Assembly: GCA_963709585.1 (NCBI GenBank)
Contig: CAVPXI010000004.1
Span: forward strand, 288,001-352,000
DNA from: Candidatus Dormiibacterota bacterium
GTDB taxonomy: Bacteria > Chloroflexota > Dormibacteria > Aeolococcales > Aeolococcaceae
Direction: 5' to 3'
Length of the DNA: 64,000 nt
Shown here: in pieces, positions 1 to 13,600 of the stretch
Layout of the letters: every line of letters begins with the position of its first letter
Position numbering within the stretch: position 1 is the first letter of the stretch
The notes under the pieces: model-generated
What the model saw: the letters and a program-made list of their open reading frames with translations, nothing else
The model's database searches: none
Told to the model about the DNA's origin: nothing
Translations under genes and position numbers: made by a program

Positions 1-1
1 G

Positions 2-370
2 TGGGCCGGCCTGAACATCTACCGGATGCTGCAGCAGCGCCGGCCGGACCACCCCATTGTGAGCGAGCGCAATCAGGAGGTCGTGCTGGTCGCGGGGATG
101 GCGGTGATCATCATCGCCGCGTTCCTGACGGCGCTGTTCTGCTACCTCGGCCTCTCCAACTACAACGATCTGCCCAATGGGCTGACCTTCTTCACCGGGG
201 TGTTCTCCGCGGCGGTGCCGATCCTGCTGCGGGCTGCATTCCACCGGGGCGTGCCCAAGGGACGCGGCCGCGGCGGCACGCCGGTCTCGACGATCTCGGC
301 GCTGCCGCCGGGCGGGGCTCCCTCGCCGCCGACATCGGCGACGATCCGGCAGTCGATCCCTCGCCAGTAG
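2..370 (+). CDS. Membrane protein, 5'-truncated by the window edge
   Basis: Open frame from base 2 to TAG at 370; two hydrophobic segments and a Pro-rich tail. Confidence 0.6.
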   Translation, partial: WAGLNIYRMLQQRRPDHPIVSERNQEVVLVAGMAVIIIAAFLTALFCYLGLSNYNDLPNGLTFFTGVFSAAVPILLRAAFHRGVPKGRGRGGTPVSTISALPPGGAPSPPTSATIRQSIPRQ

Positions 371-464
371 ATCGACCGGCTTTCGGGCGCCGCGGCGGTG
401 ATCGATGCCGATGCCACGGGCGAGGCGCACTGCGCGCCCCGCACCACAGCATCTTTACGAGGAG

Positions 465-2394
<1,930 letters not shown>

Positions 2395-2493
2395 GTTGGG
2401 GTCCTCCGGGACTGAAAACAGAATGTTCGATTACGCGCCTGCGGGACGCCCTTATCGAATACCTCGCGCCACCGACATGCTAAACGTAGGGGG

Positions 2494-2877
2494 ATGGGTG
2501 ATTCTCGATCGATCGAGGAGCAGCTGCTCGATCTCCGCCGCCGTGCCGACGAGGATTTCCTCCACCCCGACGCACTCCGCGAGCCCGGGCGGCACCAGCT
2601 CGATCTCCCCGAGCTCGGTCTGCGCGTCAGCGTCACCCGATCCCGGTATCCGAACCGGCCGGACGGGGTCGATCAGTACGCGGTGACCCTGTCACGGCCC
2701 GACCTGGACCGGCGCCCCGGCGAGCAGGAGGTCGGTCTGGTGCTCGCCTCGGCCTTCGGCGACGCCTCGACGCAGGCCGTCGAGCGATCGGCCGGTGCCG
2801 CCCGGATCAGGATGTTCCGCGTGCCTGCCGGCGATCCTGCACCGCCGGTCGGTCAGCCCACCTCGGCGCCCGCGTAG
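2494..2877 (+). CDS. Hypothetical protein, divergent from dnaK
   Basis: 127-aa ORF with GC3-biased codons filling the gap between dnaK and pcm. Confidence 0.6.
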   Translation: MGDSRSIEEQLLDLRRRADEDFLHPDALREPGRHQLDLPELGLRVSVTRSRYPNRPDGVDQYAVTLSRPDLDRRPGEQEVGLVLASAFGDASTQAVERSAGAARIRMFRVPAGDPAPPVGQPTSAPA

Positions 2878-3479
2878 CCGTCGGCGCCGATCAACGGCAC
2901 GAAGCGACACGGCCCGAGCGACTCCGTTTCCCAGTGTCCGTTGACGAGGCGCAGACGGGTGAGCTCCTCGCCATTGGGGCCGTCGCTGATCGGCACGACG
3001 AGCCGCCCACCTTCGACGAGTTGGCGGGCAAGCGCCACAGGGAGGCGGGGTGCGGCCGCACCGACCGCGATCGCGTCGAACGGCGCCCGTTCGGGAACCC
3101 CGAGTGTGCCGTCACCCTCGATGACCTCGACGTCATAGGCGAGGCGATGCAGACGCTCCGCGGCCGTCCGCGCGAGCGAAGCGACCCGCTCGATGCTGAC
3201 CACCCGAGCGCCGCAGGCGGCCATCACCGCGGCCTGGTACCCCGAGCCCGTCCCCACGTCGAGCGCTCGGTCGCCGTCGTGCAGCTCGAGCGCCTCGACC
3301 ACCACCGCGACCATGAGCGGCTGGCTGATGGTCTGCCCCGGGGCGTCGATGGGCAGCGCCCGGTCGCTATATGCGCGCTCCCGATCAGCCTCGAGCACGA
3401 ACTCCTCCCGGGGCACGCCCGCCATCGCATGGAGCACGGCCGGCGACCGGATTCCGTGCTCGATCAGCGACGCCATCAT
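2853..3479 (-). CDS. pcm: Protein-L-isoaspartate O-methyltransferase
   Basis: VPREEF, QTISQP, LDVGTGSGYQAA, PFDAI, GGRLVVP, CRFVPL motifs; start uncertain. Confidence 0.93.
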   Translation of the reverse strand: MMASLIEHGIRSPAVLHAMAGVPREEFVLEADRERAYSDRALPIDAPGQTISQPLMVAVVVEALELHDGDRALDVGTGSGYQAAVMAACGARVVSIERVASLARTAAERLHRLAYDVEVIEGDGTLGVPERAPFDAIAVGAAAPRLPVALARQLVEGGRLVVPISDGPNGEELTRLRLVNGHWETESLGPCRFVPLIGADGYAGAEVG

Positions 3480-3502
3480 GCGATCACGATCCGACGTAGC
3501 GG

Positions 3503-3928
3503 TTAGCCTCTGGGTGTGAGATCCAGGTCGGGCGGCGGAGCGTCGGGAAGCTTCCAGACAATCCACTCTTTCTGCCAGCGGCGGTGCAGGTCGTTCGCGG
3601 AGTCGACCGCCTCGTGATAGAGCTTCTCGAACGCCCCGAAGTCATGGGCGTCGAGCGCGGCCATGAGCGGGTCGAGGTCATCGAGCATCCAGGCCTCGAT
3701 GTCGGTCGTGTACTTCGGGCGGGTCACCTCGCAGAGGCGGAGCAGCTTGCGCATCTCCCGAAGCTGCCAGCTTGCGAGCGGCCAGTTGGTGGCTCGGGCG
3801 GCGTAGAAGGCTTTCCAGAATCGCGCGCCGATCTCGGGCATCAACCGCGCCAGCCCGGGCTGGAGGGCGGTGAGCTGCTCGAGCTCGAGGCGTTCGGGGT
3901 TCTTGGGCTGCGCGCCGACCTCGGTCAT
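3503..3928 (-). CDS. Helical hypothetical protein, cytochrome c'-like family without CxxCH
   Basis: 141 aa; NWPLASWQLRE and ANDLH...WIVWKLP pattern. Confidence 0.65.
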   Translation of the reverse strand: MTEVGAQPKNPERLELEQLTALQPGLARLMPEIGARFWKAFYAARATNWPLASWQLREMRKLLRLCEVTRPKYTTDIEAWMLDDLDPLMAALDAHDFGAFEKLYHEAVDSANDLHRRWQKEWIVWKLPDAPPPDLDLTPRG

Positions 3929-3995
3929 ACCAGGTTCAAGTCTACGGACGAGGCGCGGCCGGGAACCTGCCCTGCATCAAGCGCGTCTCAGAACC

Positions 3996-5519
3996 ATGAG
4001 TACTGAAGTGCTGCGCGCGCGCTGGTCGCGTCCGCTCGCCGGGATCGCCTTGGTCGCAGTCGTCGGAGCCGGGCTCGGCGCATATTTCGGGATCCGAGCG
4101 GTCCAGGGAGCCGGCTCCGCCTCATCAGCTGGACAGCCACCCGCTCGCAGCGGCGCGGCCATGGCCTTTGACGCGGCGAATGGGTCGGTGGTTCTCTTCG
4201 GCGGTCAGAGCAGAACCCGCAGCCTTGACGACACCTGGACGTGGGACGGCACGGGGTGGACGCAGGCGCATCCCGCGACCTCGCCGCCCCTGCTGGACAA
4301 CGCTCAGATGACCTATGACCCGATGAGCCGCGATGTGCTCCTGGTTGGCCTGCGGCACGTCACGGGGTCGACCGGTCCGATCGCCTGTTCCGGAGGCTCC
4401 GGATCGGTGTCGTCGGGTTCCTCGGGCGTGACGACGCCGGTCGTCCCGCCGGTGCAGCCACTCCCGGCAATCGCGCCGACCCCACGGGCCGCGGGGAGGG
4501 TGGCGCCTGCCTGCAACACCTCGATTTCGCCGAGCGCGGTGACATGGCTGTGGAACGGCAGCGACTGGTCGAAGGCCTCGGGCTCGACGCCGTTCGTCTT
4601 CTTCGGGAGCGGGGCCCTGGCCACCGACCCGGTGTCCCATCGGGTCGTGCTGCTCGAGCTGGGCCCATTTCCGGAGCCGATGCTCGGCGCCGCGCAGCCG
4701 GCAATCGCGTGCCCGGTGCAACGCGGAACCCCGGCAGCACAACCGTCATGCCCCCTGCCCTTCCGCGTCACACCTGGCTGGACCTGGAACGGGCGCGCTT
4801 GGACGGCGATGGCGTCAAGCGTCAACGCGTCGTCATTCGGTTGGTACGGCTCGTCGATCGTCGACGACGCGGTCACCGGCAAGCTCGCATCGTTCGGCAA
4901 TGAGTTCATCGCGCCGACGCCCACGCCACCGACCTGCCAGACCTGCGCCACCGGGCCACCCGTGAAGCAGTCCGCCTGCTGCACCGGCACCGAGAGCATC
5001 TGGAACGGCGCCACCTGGAAGCGCGTCGCCACATACAAGGGCGGACCGCCCACGCCGGGCGCCGTCTTCGTGGGCGATCCAGCAACGCACAGCGATATCG
5101 TGCTGACCAGTGACGGGCAGACCTGGCGCTGGACCGGGGTCTGGACGCGGGTGCACCCCGGCACCACGCCCCCGATCGCGAGCGGGGTTTCCGCGGCGTT
5201 CGACACGGCTACCGGAAAGGTTGTGGTGTTCGGCGGCTTTGGCACCACGTCGCGCCAGACCGGGCTCTACGACCAGACCTGGACGTGGGACGGCTCCACC
5301 TGGACACAGCGCGGAGGCAGTGCCGGCCCCAGCGTGACCATCCCGGTCCCATCCCCCGTGAGCGTTCCCCCGAGTTTCGCGTGCACCCCGGTCCCGTCGC
5401 CGCCGGTCCAACCACAGACGGTCTGCAACGGCAAGATCGGCGGCGGTTCTGGAAGCACCGGAGTCAGCACTGGGGTCAGCAACAGTGCCGGCACCAGCAG
5501 CGGGGTCGTCGCGCCCTGA
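3996..5519 (+). CDS. Secreted or membrane-anchored Kelch-like (TWxWDG) repeat protein
   Basis: N-terminal hydrophobic segment; repeated AFD...VVLFGG...DTWTWDG motifs; Pro/Ser/Gly-rich linkers. Confidence 0.8.
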   Translation: MSTEVLRARWSRPLAGIALVAVVGAGLGAYFGIRAVQGAGSASSAGQPPARSGAAMAFDAANGSVVLFGGQSRTRSLDDTWTWDGTGWTQAHPATSPPLLDNAQMTYDPMSRDVLLVGLRHVTGSTGPIACSGGSGSVSSGSSGVTTPVVPPVQPLPAIAPTPRAAGRVAPACNTSISPSAVTWLWNGSDWSKASGSTPFVFFGSGALATDPVSHRVVLLELGPFPEPMLGAAQPAIACPVQRGTPAAQPSCPLPFRVTPGWTWNGRAWTAMASSVNASSFGWYGSSIVDDAVTGKLASFGNEFIAPTPTPPTCQTCATGPPVKQSACCTGTESIWNGATWKRVATYKGGPPTPGAVFVGDPATHSDIVLTSDGQTWRWTGVWTRVHPGTTPPIASGVSAAFDTATGKVVVFGGFGTTSRQTGLYDQTWTWDGSTWTQRGGSAGPSVTIPVPSPVSVPPSFACTPVPSPPVQPQTVCNGKIGGGSGSTGVSTGVSNSAGTSSGVVAP

Positions 5520-5538
5520 GCCGCCACAATGGCTGGGC

Positions 5539-6015
5539 ATGGGAGATCTCGAGGACGTCCGCATCGAAACCCTCGAGGATCATCAGAACGCTCAGGTCCG
5601 GGCGATGCTCGTCGACCTGGCGCTCGCCGAGCAGCGCCACTACGACCACCCCGAGGAGACCTCGGAACAGCTGAGCACCCGCCTGACCACCGCTCCGCGG
5701 TTCGCCGGTGAGAACCACATCCTGGTGGCGCGCACGTCCAGCGGAGACACGATCGGGCTCTGTTGGGTGGTGCTGTTCGATCCCGGGACTGGTCTCGAGG
5801 CCGAGATCGCGGAGCTGTACGTCCGCCCCCACGAGCGCGGTCAGGGCGTCGCCCATCGCCTGATGGCCGAGGCCATGCAGCTGATCCGCAGCCGCGAGGT
5901 CACCTTCGCATGCGTCTGGACTCGAGGTGACAATCAGGCGGCGCTGTCCGCATACATCGCCGCCGGATTCGCGCCGACCGAGCAGACCGTGCTCACCTGG
6001 CTCCCGCTCGAATGA
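5539..6015 (+). CDS. GNAT family N-acetyltransferase
   Basis: LYVRPHERGQGVA acetyl-CoA motif; N-x-A-x-x-x-Y-x-x-x-GF. Confidence 0.88.
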   Translation: MGDLEDVRIETLEDHQNAQVRAMLVDLALAEQRHYDHPEETSEQLSTRLTTAPRFAGENHILVARTSSGDTIGLCWVVLFDPGTGLEAEIAELYVRPHERGQGVAHRLMAEAMQLIRSREVTFACVWTRGDNQAALSAYIAAGFAPTEQTVLTWLPLE

Positions 6016-6043
6016 GTCGAGAGGTCGGGATAATGGCGGCTCC

Positions 6044-6346
6044 ATGACCCTTTCTCGTGCTGACGTCGATCACGTCGCGACCCTTGCGCGGCTGGGCTTG
6101 AGCGACCCCGAAAAGGACCGTCTCCTCGGCGAGCTGGAGGCGATCCTCGATCACATCGCACGGCTGCAGACCGTCGATACGTCGGCGCTCGCGGCGACCG
6201 CGCAGGTCGGTGATCTCGTCAACGTGATGCGCGCTGACGAGACGGAGGAGCCGATCGGCGCCACGGCCGCGCTGCGCAACGCACCCGCGTCGGACGGCAG
6301 CCACTTCGTGGTCGGGGCGATCCAGGGCGCCGAGCTTGACGCCTGA
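6044..6346 (+). CDS. gatC: Asp/Glu-tRNA amidotransferase subunit C
   Basis: [18 protein letters not shown]; directly upstream of gatA. Confidence 0.93.
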   Translation: MTLSRADVDHVATLARLGLSDPEKDRLLGELEAILDHIARLQTVDTSALAATAQVGDLVNVMRADETEEPIGATAALRNAPASDGSHFVVGAIQGAELDA

Positions 6347-7799
6347 CACGATCACCGGGCTGGCCGCGGCGCTCCGCGACGGAAGCACGACGCCTCGCGC
6401 ACTGCTTGCCGTCGCGCTTGCGCACGTCGAGGGAAGCGACAAGGACCTGAACGCGTATCTCACAGTCACGCGTGAGCTCGCCGAACAGCAGGCCGACGCC
6501 GCGGCGCGCACGCTCGAGGATCATCCCGACACGGCGTCGCCGCTGTGCGGCATCCCGATGGCGCTCAAGGACGTGCTCTGCGTCGACGGGATCGAGACCA
6601 CCGCCGGGTCGAAGATCCTGCGCGGGTTCAAACCGCCGTACACCGGAACGGCGGTACAGCGCTTGTTCGATGCCGGTGCGGTGTGCGTCGGCAAGACCAA
6701 CTGCGATGAGTTCGCCATGGGATCGTCGACCGAGAACTCCGCGTACGGACCGGTCGGCAACCCGTGGGACATCGAGCGGGTTCCGGGAGGGAGCAGCGGC
6801 GGCAGCGCGGCGACGGTCGCCGCCGGCTCGGTCCCGTACTCGCTCGGCAGCGACACCGGCGGCTCGATCCGGCAGCCCGCGGCCCTCTCCGGCGTGGTCG
6901 GCTTCAAACCGACGTACGGGCGGGTTTCGCGGTACGGGCTGATCGCATTCGCGTCGTCGCTCGACCAGATCGGTCCGTTCACGCGCACCGTCGAGGACTG
7001 CGCGCTTGTCTACGCCGCCATCGCCGGTCACGATCCGCGCGACAGCACGTCGGAGCCGCGCGCGGTCGACGACCCGCTCGCTTCGCTGCACGCCGGCGTT
7101 GCGGGGATGCGCCTGGGGATTCCCCGCGAGTACATCGGCGAGGGCACCGAGCCGGGTGTGCGTGCGGCGGTGGAGGCGGCGTTTCGCGTTCTCGAGGCTC
7201 AGGGAGCGACGCTCCGCGAGGTCTCGCTGCCGAGCACCGACGTTGCGCTCAGCGTGTACTACATCATCGCTCCTGCGGAGTGCTCGTCCAACCTGGCGCG
7301 GTACGACGGTGTGCGTTTCGGCAATCGCGTGGAGCGTCCGTCGGTCACCGACATGTACATGCAGACACGTGGCGCGGGCTTCGGCAACGAGGTCAAACGC
7401 AGGGTCATGCTCGGCACGTACGCGCTCTCAAGCGGCTATTACGACGCCTACTACCGTCAGGCGCAGAAGGTCAGAACGCTGGTGGGCCAGGAGTTCGAGG
7501 CCGTCTTCAAGGAGGTGGACGCGATCGTGTGCCCAACCTCTCCAAGCGTGGCCTTCACCATGGGATCGCGCGCCGACCCGCTGTCCATGTACATGTGCGA
7601 TGTGGTGACACTACCGGCCAACCTCGCGGGTGTCCCGGGGATCTCGGTGCCGTGTGGGTTCGTGGACGGACTCCCGGTCGGGCTGCAGGTGATCGCACCG
7701 CGATTCGAGGACTCGCGCGTTCTCAGGGTGGCGCACGCGTACGAGCAGGCGACCGACTTCCACACGGTGCGCTCGCCGTACGCGCGGGAGGCCGCGTGA
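6336..7799 (+). CDS. gatA: Asp/Glu-tRNA amidotransferase subunit A
   Basis: Amidase signature [19 protein letters not shown]; SSNLARYDG. Confidence 0.97.
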   Translation: MTPDTITGLAAALRDGSTTPRALLAVALAHVEGSDKDLNAYLTVTRELAEQQADAAARTLEDHPDTASPLCGIPMALKDVLCVDGIETTAGSKILRGFKPPYTGTAVQRLFDAGAVCVGKTNCDEFAMGSSTENSAYGPVGNPWDIERVPGGSSGGSAATVAAGSVPYSLGSDTGGSIRQPAALSGVVGFKPTYGRVSRYGLIAFASSLDQIGPFTRTVEDCALVYAAIAGHDPRDSTSEPRAVDDPLASLHAGVAGMRLGIPREYIGEGTEPGVRAAVEAAFRVLEAQGATLREVSLPSTDVALSVYYIIAPAECSSNLARYDGVRFGNRVERPSVTDMYMQTRGAGFGNEVKRRVMLGTYALSSGYYDAYYRQAQKVRTLVGQEFEAVFKEVDAIVCPTSPSVAFTMGSRADPLSMYMCDVVTLPANLAGVPGISVPCGFVDGLPVGLQVIAPRFEDSRVLRVAHAYEQATDFHTVRSPYAREAA

Positions 7800-9280
7800 C
7801 CGAGGCGGCCACGATATCGGCGGCGGCACTCGGTCGCTACGAGGTGGTGATCGGGCTCGAAGTGCACGCGCAACTGCTGACGCGCAGCAAGATGTTCTGC
7901 TGGTGCCCTGCGGACTACACAAGCGCCGCCCCGAATGAGAACACCTGCCCGGTGTGCCTCGGTCTGCCCGGTGTGCTGCCGAACATCAATGAGCAGGCCG
8001 TTGAGTACACGCTGCGCACCGCGCTCGCGCTGCAGTGCGACATACCCGCCTTCACGAAGTTCGATCGCAAGAACTATTTCTATCCGGATCTCCCCAAGGG
8101 CTACCAGATCTCGCAGTACGACCTACCGTTGTCGGTCAACGGGTTTCTCGCGTTTCCGCTCGGCGGCGAGACCGTCCGTTGTGGGATCACGCGCGTCCAC
8201 CTCGAGGAGGACACCGGGACGATGCACCACGCCGGCGACGTGCTCCAGAGCGCGACGTCCTCGCTGATCGACCTCAACCGGGCCGGCGTGCCGCTCATGG
8301 AGATCGTCGGCGAACCCGACCTGCGCACCCCTGAAGCGGCACGCGAGTACCTGGTGCGCCTGCGTCAGATCCTCATGTACATCGGCGTCAACGACGGCAA
8401 CCTCGAGAAGGGCTCGTTCCGCTGCGACGCCAATATCTCGCTCCGCCCGCGCGGCGCCCGGGAATTGGGTGTCAAGGTCGAGATCAAGAACATGAACTCG
8501 TTCCGGGCGGTGCACCGCGCCCTCGAATCGGAGATCGAGCGGCAGACCGGCGTGCTCGACGCCGGCGGGACGCTCGTGCAGGAGACGCGTGGGTGGGTGG
8601 AGACACAGGGGCGCACGATCTCGCAGCGAAGCAAGGAGCAGGCTCACGACTACCGCTATTTCCCCGAGCCCGATCTGCCACCGCTGCGCCCGGACGCCGC
8701 GTTCATCGAGCGGGTGCGCGCGACCCTGCCTGAGCTTCCCGAGGCCCGAGGGCATCGCTTCCAGGAGCAGTTTGGATTGACCGCCTACGACGCCGCGGTG
8801 CTCACCGATACGCGCGAGGACGCGGACACCTACGAGTCACTCGTCGCCGCTGGTGTTCCCGCCAAACTTGCCGCCAACTGGCAGAGCGGCGATGTCGCGG
8901 CGCTGGCGAACGAGCACAGGATGGCGCTGCAGCACAGCGGTCTCGGCGTCGACGGGCTCGCGAGCCTGCTCCGCCTTGTCGACGCGGGCACGATCAACGG
9001 CCCGACCGCGAAGGAGCTGCTCGCCGAGCTCTATGTGGGCGGCGGCAATCCGGAGGCGCTGGTGCGGGATCGTGGTCTCGCCCAGGTCAGCGATACCACC
9101 GAGCTGAGCGCGCTGGTCGACGCCGCTATCGCCGCAAATCCTGCCGCCGCCGCCGACTTCCGCGCCGGCAAGCAGCAGGCGCTCGGGCAGCTGATGCGTG
9201 CCGTCAAGGACGCGACCGGCGGGAAGGCCGACATGCCGCTGGTGAACCGCCTGCTCCGCGACCGGCTGTTGGAGCAGTAG
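7796..9280 (+). CDS. gatB: Asp/Glu-tRNA amidotransferase subunit B
   Basis: [36 protein letters not shown]; GTGA overlap with the gatA stop. Confidence 0.97.
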   Translation: MTEAATISAAALGRYEVVIGLEVHAQLLTRSKMFCWCPADYTSAAPNENTCPVCLGLPGVLPNINEQAVEYTLRTALALQCDIPAFTKFDRKNYFYPDLPKGYQISQYDLPLSVNGFLAFPLGGETVRCGITRVHLEEDTGTMHHAGDVLQSATSSLIDLNRAGVPLMEIVGEPDLRTPEAAREYLVRLRQILMYIGVNDGNLEKGSFRCDANISLRPRGARELGVKVEIKNMNSFRAVHRALESEIERQTGVLDAGGTLVQETRGWVETQGRTISQRSKEQAHDYRYFPEPDLPPLRPDAAFIERVRATLPELPEARGHRFQEQFGLTAYDAAVLTDTREDADTYESLVAAGVPAKLAANWQSGDVAALANEHRMALQHSGLGVDGLASLLRLVDAGTINGPTAKELLAELYVGGGNPEALVRDRGLAQVSDTTELSALVDAAIAANPAAAADFRAGKQQALGQLMRAVKDATGGKADMPLVNRLLRDRLLEQ

Positions 9281-9300
9281 CCCTGGTTCGTCTCGGACGC

Positions 9301-10563
9301 ATGGTCCACGGTGGGCTGTGTCTCGCCCGCGACGACCAGGGCGCGACCATGCTCGTGGAGGGCGGCATTCCCGGCGAGGATGTCGAGGTGTCGGTCCGCT
9401 ACCGAAAGGGCGCGACATCATTCGCCGAGGTCGTGCGCGTGGTCGAGGCGTCGCCGCACCGCGTCGTCCCACCGTGCCCCTACGTGCCCCGATGCGGCGG
9501 CTGCCAGCTTCAGCACGTTGCGTACGCGCACCAGGTGGAGCTGAAGCGGGACATCGTCCTCGACGCGCTGCACCGCCAGCGTATCGAGCACCCGGCGCCG
9601 CGCATGCACGCGGTCGACGATCCGTGGCGGTACCGCCTTCGCGGTGAATTCCATGTCATCGCCGGCACCGAGGGCACGCCTCCCGCGCTCGGGTTCAACC
9701 GAGCGCGCAGCTGGCGGCCGATCGCCGTCGACGACTGCCTGATCCATCACCCGCGGATCACCACCGCGCTGCCCGCGCTGCGCGGGCTCCTCAACTCGAG
9801 CGCGACCAACGCGCTCGGCACGCTGCACCTCACCGTCGGCGAGGACGGGCAGGAGCTCCTCGTCCACGCCAAGCCCGCGCGAGGACTGGCGAGCGGCGCG
9901 CTCGACGGGGGCCTCGACCTTCCCGACGGCGGGCGCGTGAGCACGACGTCGACGACTCTGCGCTGGCGCGGGATGACCTTTCGGGTAACTCCCGACGCGT
10001 TCATCCAGGTCAACTGGGCGCAGATGGACGTGCTCTATCAGTGCGTCATCGACGCGCTCGGCGGTCACGCCGGTCTCAGGGTCGTCGACGCCTACGCCGG
10101 GATCGGCGTGCTCGCCTGCCACCTCGCCGGCGAGGCGCGCGAGGTGGTCTGCATCGAGAGCAACCGCGGCGCCGCCCAACTCGGTGTGCTCAATGCGCGC
10201 GTGAACGACGTCGCCGACCGCATGCACTTCGTGCTCTCGCCCGTCGAGGACGCGTTGCCGCGTGCCGGCGCCGCCGAGATGGCCGACGTCGTCATCCTCG
10301 ACCCACCCCGGGCAGGCTGCTCGGGCCGCGTCACCGGGTGGCTCGCGCTCGCCGGGCCGGAGCGCATCGTCTACGTCTCCTGCGATCCCGCCACGCTCGC
10401 CCGCGACCTCCACACGCTGGTTGCTTCAGGGCCCTACCGCGTGGACGGACTCGACGTCGTCGACATGTTTCCGCAGACGTATCACGTCGAAAGCGTGGTC
10501 AGCCTCACACGAGCCGGCGCGCCCCCCATCGGCGACCTGCCGGAGCCCTCGGTGGCCGGCTGA
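9301..10563 (+). CDS. rlmD: 23S rRNA (uracil-5)-methyltransferase, RlmD/TrmA family
   Basis: TRAM domain, CPYVPRCGGC Fe-S motif, FIQVN, DAYAGIG, DPPRAG, YVSCDPATLARD, DMFPQTYHVE; true start may lie a few codons upstream. Confidence 0.9.
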   Translation: MVHGGLCLARDDQGATMLVEGGIPGEDVEVSVRYRKGATSFAEVVRVVEASPHRVVPPCPYVPRCGGCQLQHVAYAHQVELKRDIVLDALHRQRIEHPAPRMHAVDDPWRYRLRGEFHVIAGTEGTPPALGFNRARSWRPIAVDDCLIHHPRITTALPALRGLLNSSATNALGTLHLTVGEDGQELLVHAKPARGLASGALDGGLDLPDGGRVSTTSTTLRWRGMTFRVTPDAFIQVNWAQMDVLYQCVIDALGGHAGLRVVDAYAGIGVLACHLAGEAREVVCIESNRGAAQLGVLNARVNDVADRMHFVLSPVEDALPRAGAAEMADVVILDPPRAGCSGRVTGWLALAGPERIVYVSCDPATLARDLHTLVASGPYRVDGLDVVDMFPQTYHVESVVSLTRAGAPPIGDLPEPSVAG

Positions 10564-10651
10564 GCGGTACGCTCACTACCCGCGGCGGTGGGCTGCTGCG
10601 GAGTGGTAGCGTACGTCTGTTCGTTGTCATCGACCGCAGCCAGGAGCCAGA

Positions 10652-13600
10652 GTGCAACAGCCATCCTCGACCGGCAGCGAGATCGAGTCGGGAGGCTTTG
10701 TCCACCTGCACACGCACAGCGAGTTCTCGCTGCTCGACGGCGCCTCACGTGTCAGGGAGCTCGTCGACAGTGCGAAGGCAATGGGGCAGACGGCCATCGC
10801 CGTCACCGACCACGGCGTGCTCTACGGAGCTGTCGATTTCTACGCCAGCGCGCGTGCGGCAAAGATCAACCCCGTCCTCGGTTGCGAGATGTACATGGCG
10901 CCGCGCTCGCGCCACGATCGTGAAGGAAGGACGGATCGCGACCCCAACCACCTGATCCTGCTCGCACGCAATGACACCGGCTATCGCAACCTCATCAAGT
11001 TGGTCAGCACCTCGCACCTCGAGGGGTACTACTACAAGCCCCGCATCGATCGCCAGTTGCTCGCGGAGCACGCCGAGGGCCTGATCTGCCTGTCCGCGTG
11101 CCTCGGTGGCGAGTTGCCCCAGGCGATCCTTCGCGGAGACATGGCCGCCGCCGAGACGGTGGCTCGCGAACATGCCGAGATCTTCGGTACGGACGGCTAC
11201 TTCCTCGAGCTCCAGGACCACGGCATCCCCGAGGAGGACACGGTTCGCGCCGGTCTGGTCGAGATCGCGCGTCGAACCGGCCTACCGCTCGTGGCCACCA
11301 ACGACTCGCATTACATCAAGCCCGAGGACGCCGAGGCCCACGACATCCTGCTCTGCCTGCAGACCGGCGCGCGCCGCGAGGAGGAGAAGCGATTCCGCTT
11401 CTCTGGACCCGACTACTACCTTGCGAGCACGCAGCAGATGCGCGATCGCTTCGCTGCGTACACGGAGGCCGTCGCCAACACGGTGGCGATCGCGAATCGC
11501 TGTCACGTCGAGATCCCACTGGGGCAGAACCTGCTGCCGACGTACTCGCCAATCCCCGAGGGCCTCGACGCCGACACCTACCTCCGCGAGCTCTGCGAAG
11601 CGGGAGTGCAGGAACGCTATGCGGACGCGGTGACCGCGGAGGTCCGCGAGCGCCTCCACATGGAGCTCGACGTGATCCGTGAGACCGGGTTCTCGGCGTA
11701 TTTCCTGATCGTCTGGGACCTGATCAGGGCGGCGAGGTGTGACGGGGTCCGGGTCGGCCCCGGCCGCGGCAGCGCCGCGGGGTCACTGGTCAGCTATGTG
11801 CTCCACATCACCGACATCGAGCCGCTCCGCTACGGGCTCATCTTCGAGCGGTTCCTCAACCGCGAGCGCGTGCAGATGCCCGACATCGACATCGACTTCG
11901 ACGACAGGGGACGGGATCGCGTGCTCACGTACGTGCAGGAGAAGTACGGTCGCGATCGTGTCGCGCAGATCATCACCTTCGGTACCATGGCGGCGCGGGC
12001 GGCGATACGTGACGTGGGTCGCGTGCTCAACGTGCCCCTCCCGGACGTCGACCGGCTCGCGAAGCTGGTGCCGCAGGTGGTGAACATCACGCTCGACCGA
12101 GCACTCTCGGAGAGCCGCGAGCTGAAAGACCTCTACGACCACGAGGACTGGGCGAAGCACATCATCGACAACGCGCAACGGCTGGAGGGGATCTGCCGCA
12201 ACGCATCGACGCACGCGGCAGCCGTGGTGATCGGATCCGAACCGCTCGCCAATATCGTGCCGCTGCAACGCTCGACTGCCGGTGACGGCACCGCCGTGAC
12301 CCAGTACGACATGAACGGCGTGTCCCAGATCGGACTCCTGAAGATCGACCTCCTCGGGCTGTCCAACCTCACCGTCATCGCCGAGGCCGCTGACATGGTG
12401 CGTGCGCACCGGGGGGTCGACCTCGACATCGACAAGCTCCCCCTCGACGACGCCAAGACCTACGAGCTCCTCGGCAAGGCCGACACCCACGGCATCTTCC
12501 AGCTCGAGGCGACATTCGCCAAACGGATCCTCATCGACATGCAACCCAAGTCCCTCGAGGACCTCGGGGCCGCGGTTGCACTCAACCGTCCAGGGCCGAT
12601 CGAGGGCGGAGCCACCGCAACGTGGATGCGGCGCAAGCGCGGCGAGGAGCCGGTCACGTACATGCTCCCCGAGCTCGAGCCGATCCTCAAGGACACGTAT
12701 GGGGCGATCCTCTACCAGGACCAGGTGATGAAGATCGCCTCAGCGGTCGCCGGGTTCACGCTCGGCGAGGCCGACATCCTGCGAGCCGCGATGGGCAAGA
12801 AGGACAAGGTGAAGATGTCCAAGCAGCGCGAACAGTTCCTGAGTGGTGCCGCGGCGCGAGGAGTTGCGCCGGAGACTGCGCTGCAACTGTTCGAGCTCAT
12901 TGCGCTCTTCGCGGGGTACGGGTTCAACGGCGCGCACAGCATCTCCTACGGGCTGATCGCGTACCAGACGGCGTACCTGAAGGCGAACTTCCCCCGAGAG
13001 TACATGTGCGCGCTGCTCAACAGCAGGGCGGACAACTTCGACAAGCTGAAGCAGTCGATCCTCGATTCGCACGCGCGTGGGCTCGTCGTCCGCCCCCCGG
13101 ATGTCAACCGGAGCGCATCGGACTTCAGCCTCGGCGATGAGGCGCAGGGCGAGATCCTCTACGGGTTGCGGCACATCAAGACCGTCGGCGAGCGCGTCGC
13201 CGCCGAGATCGTTGCCGAGCGCGAGGGCGAGGGACCGTTCACCTCGCTCTTCGACCTCTGCCTCCGAGTTGCGAGCCGCGACCTCAACCGTCGCGTCGTC
13301 GAGGCCCTGATTCGCAGCGGAGCCTGCGATTCGCTCGGGGAACGCGGGGCCATGCTCGCCGTGCTCGACCGTGCTCTCGACCGCGCCGCGACGATCCGAC
13401 GCGAACGCGAGTTGGGCCAGACCTCGCTGTTCGGCGATATCGTCGTCCTGGTCGAGCCGGTTTCGCAGCCGGCGGACGAGCTCGACGGCCGCGATGTCAA
13501 CGGGCCGTTCGCGATCGCGGCCGACGAACGGCTGAGCTGGGAACGCGAGTTCCTCGGCATGTACCTGAGCGATCACCCGCTTCGCAGGATTGCGGGCGAG

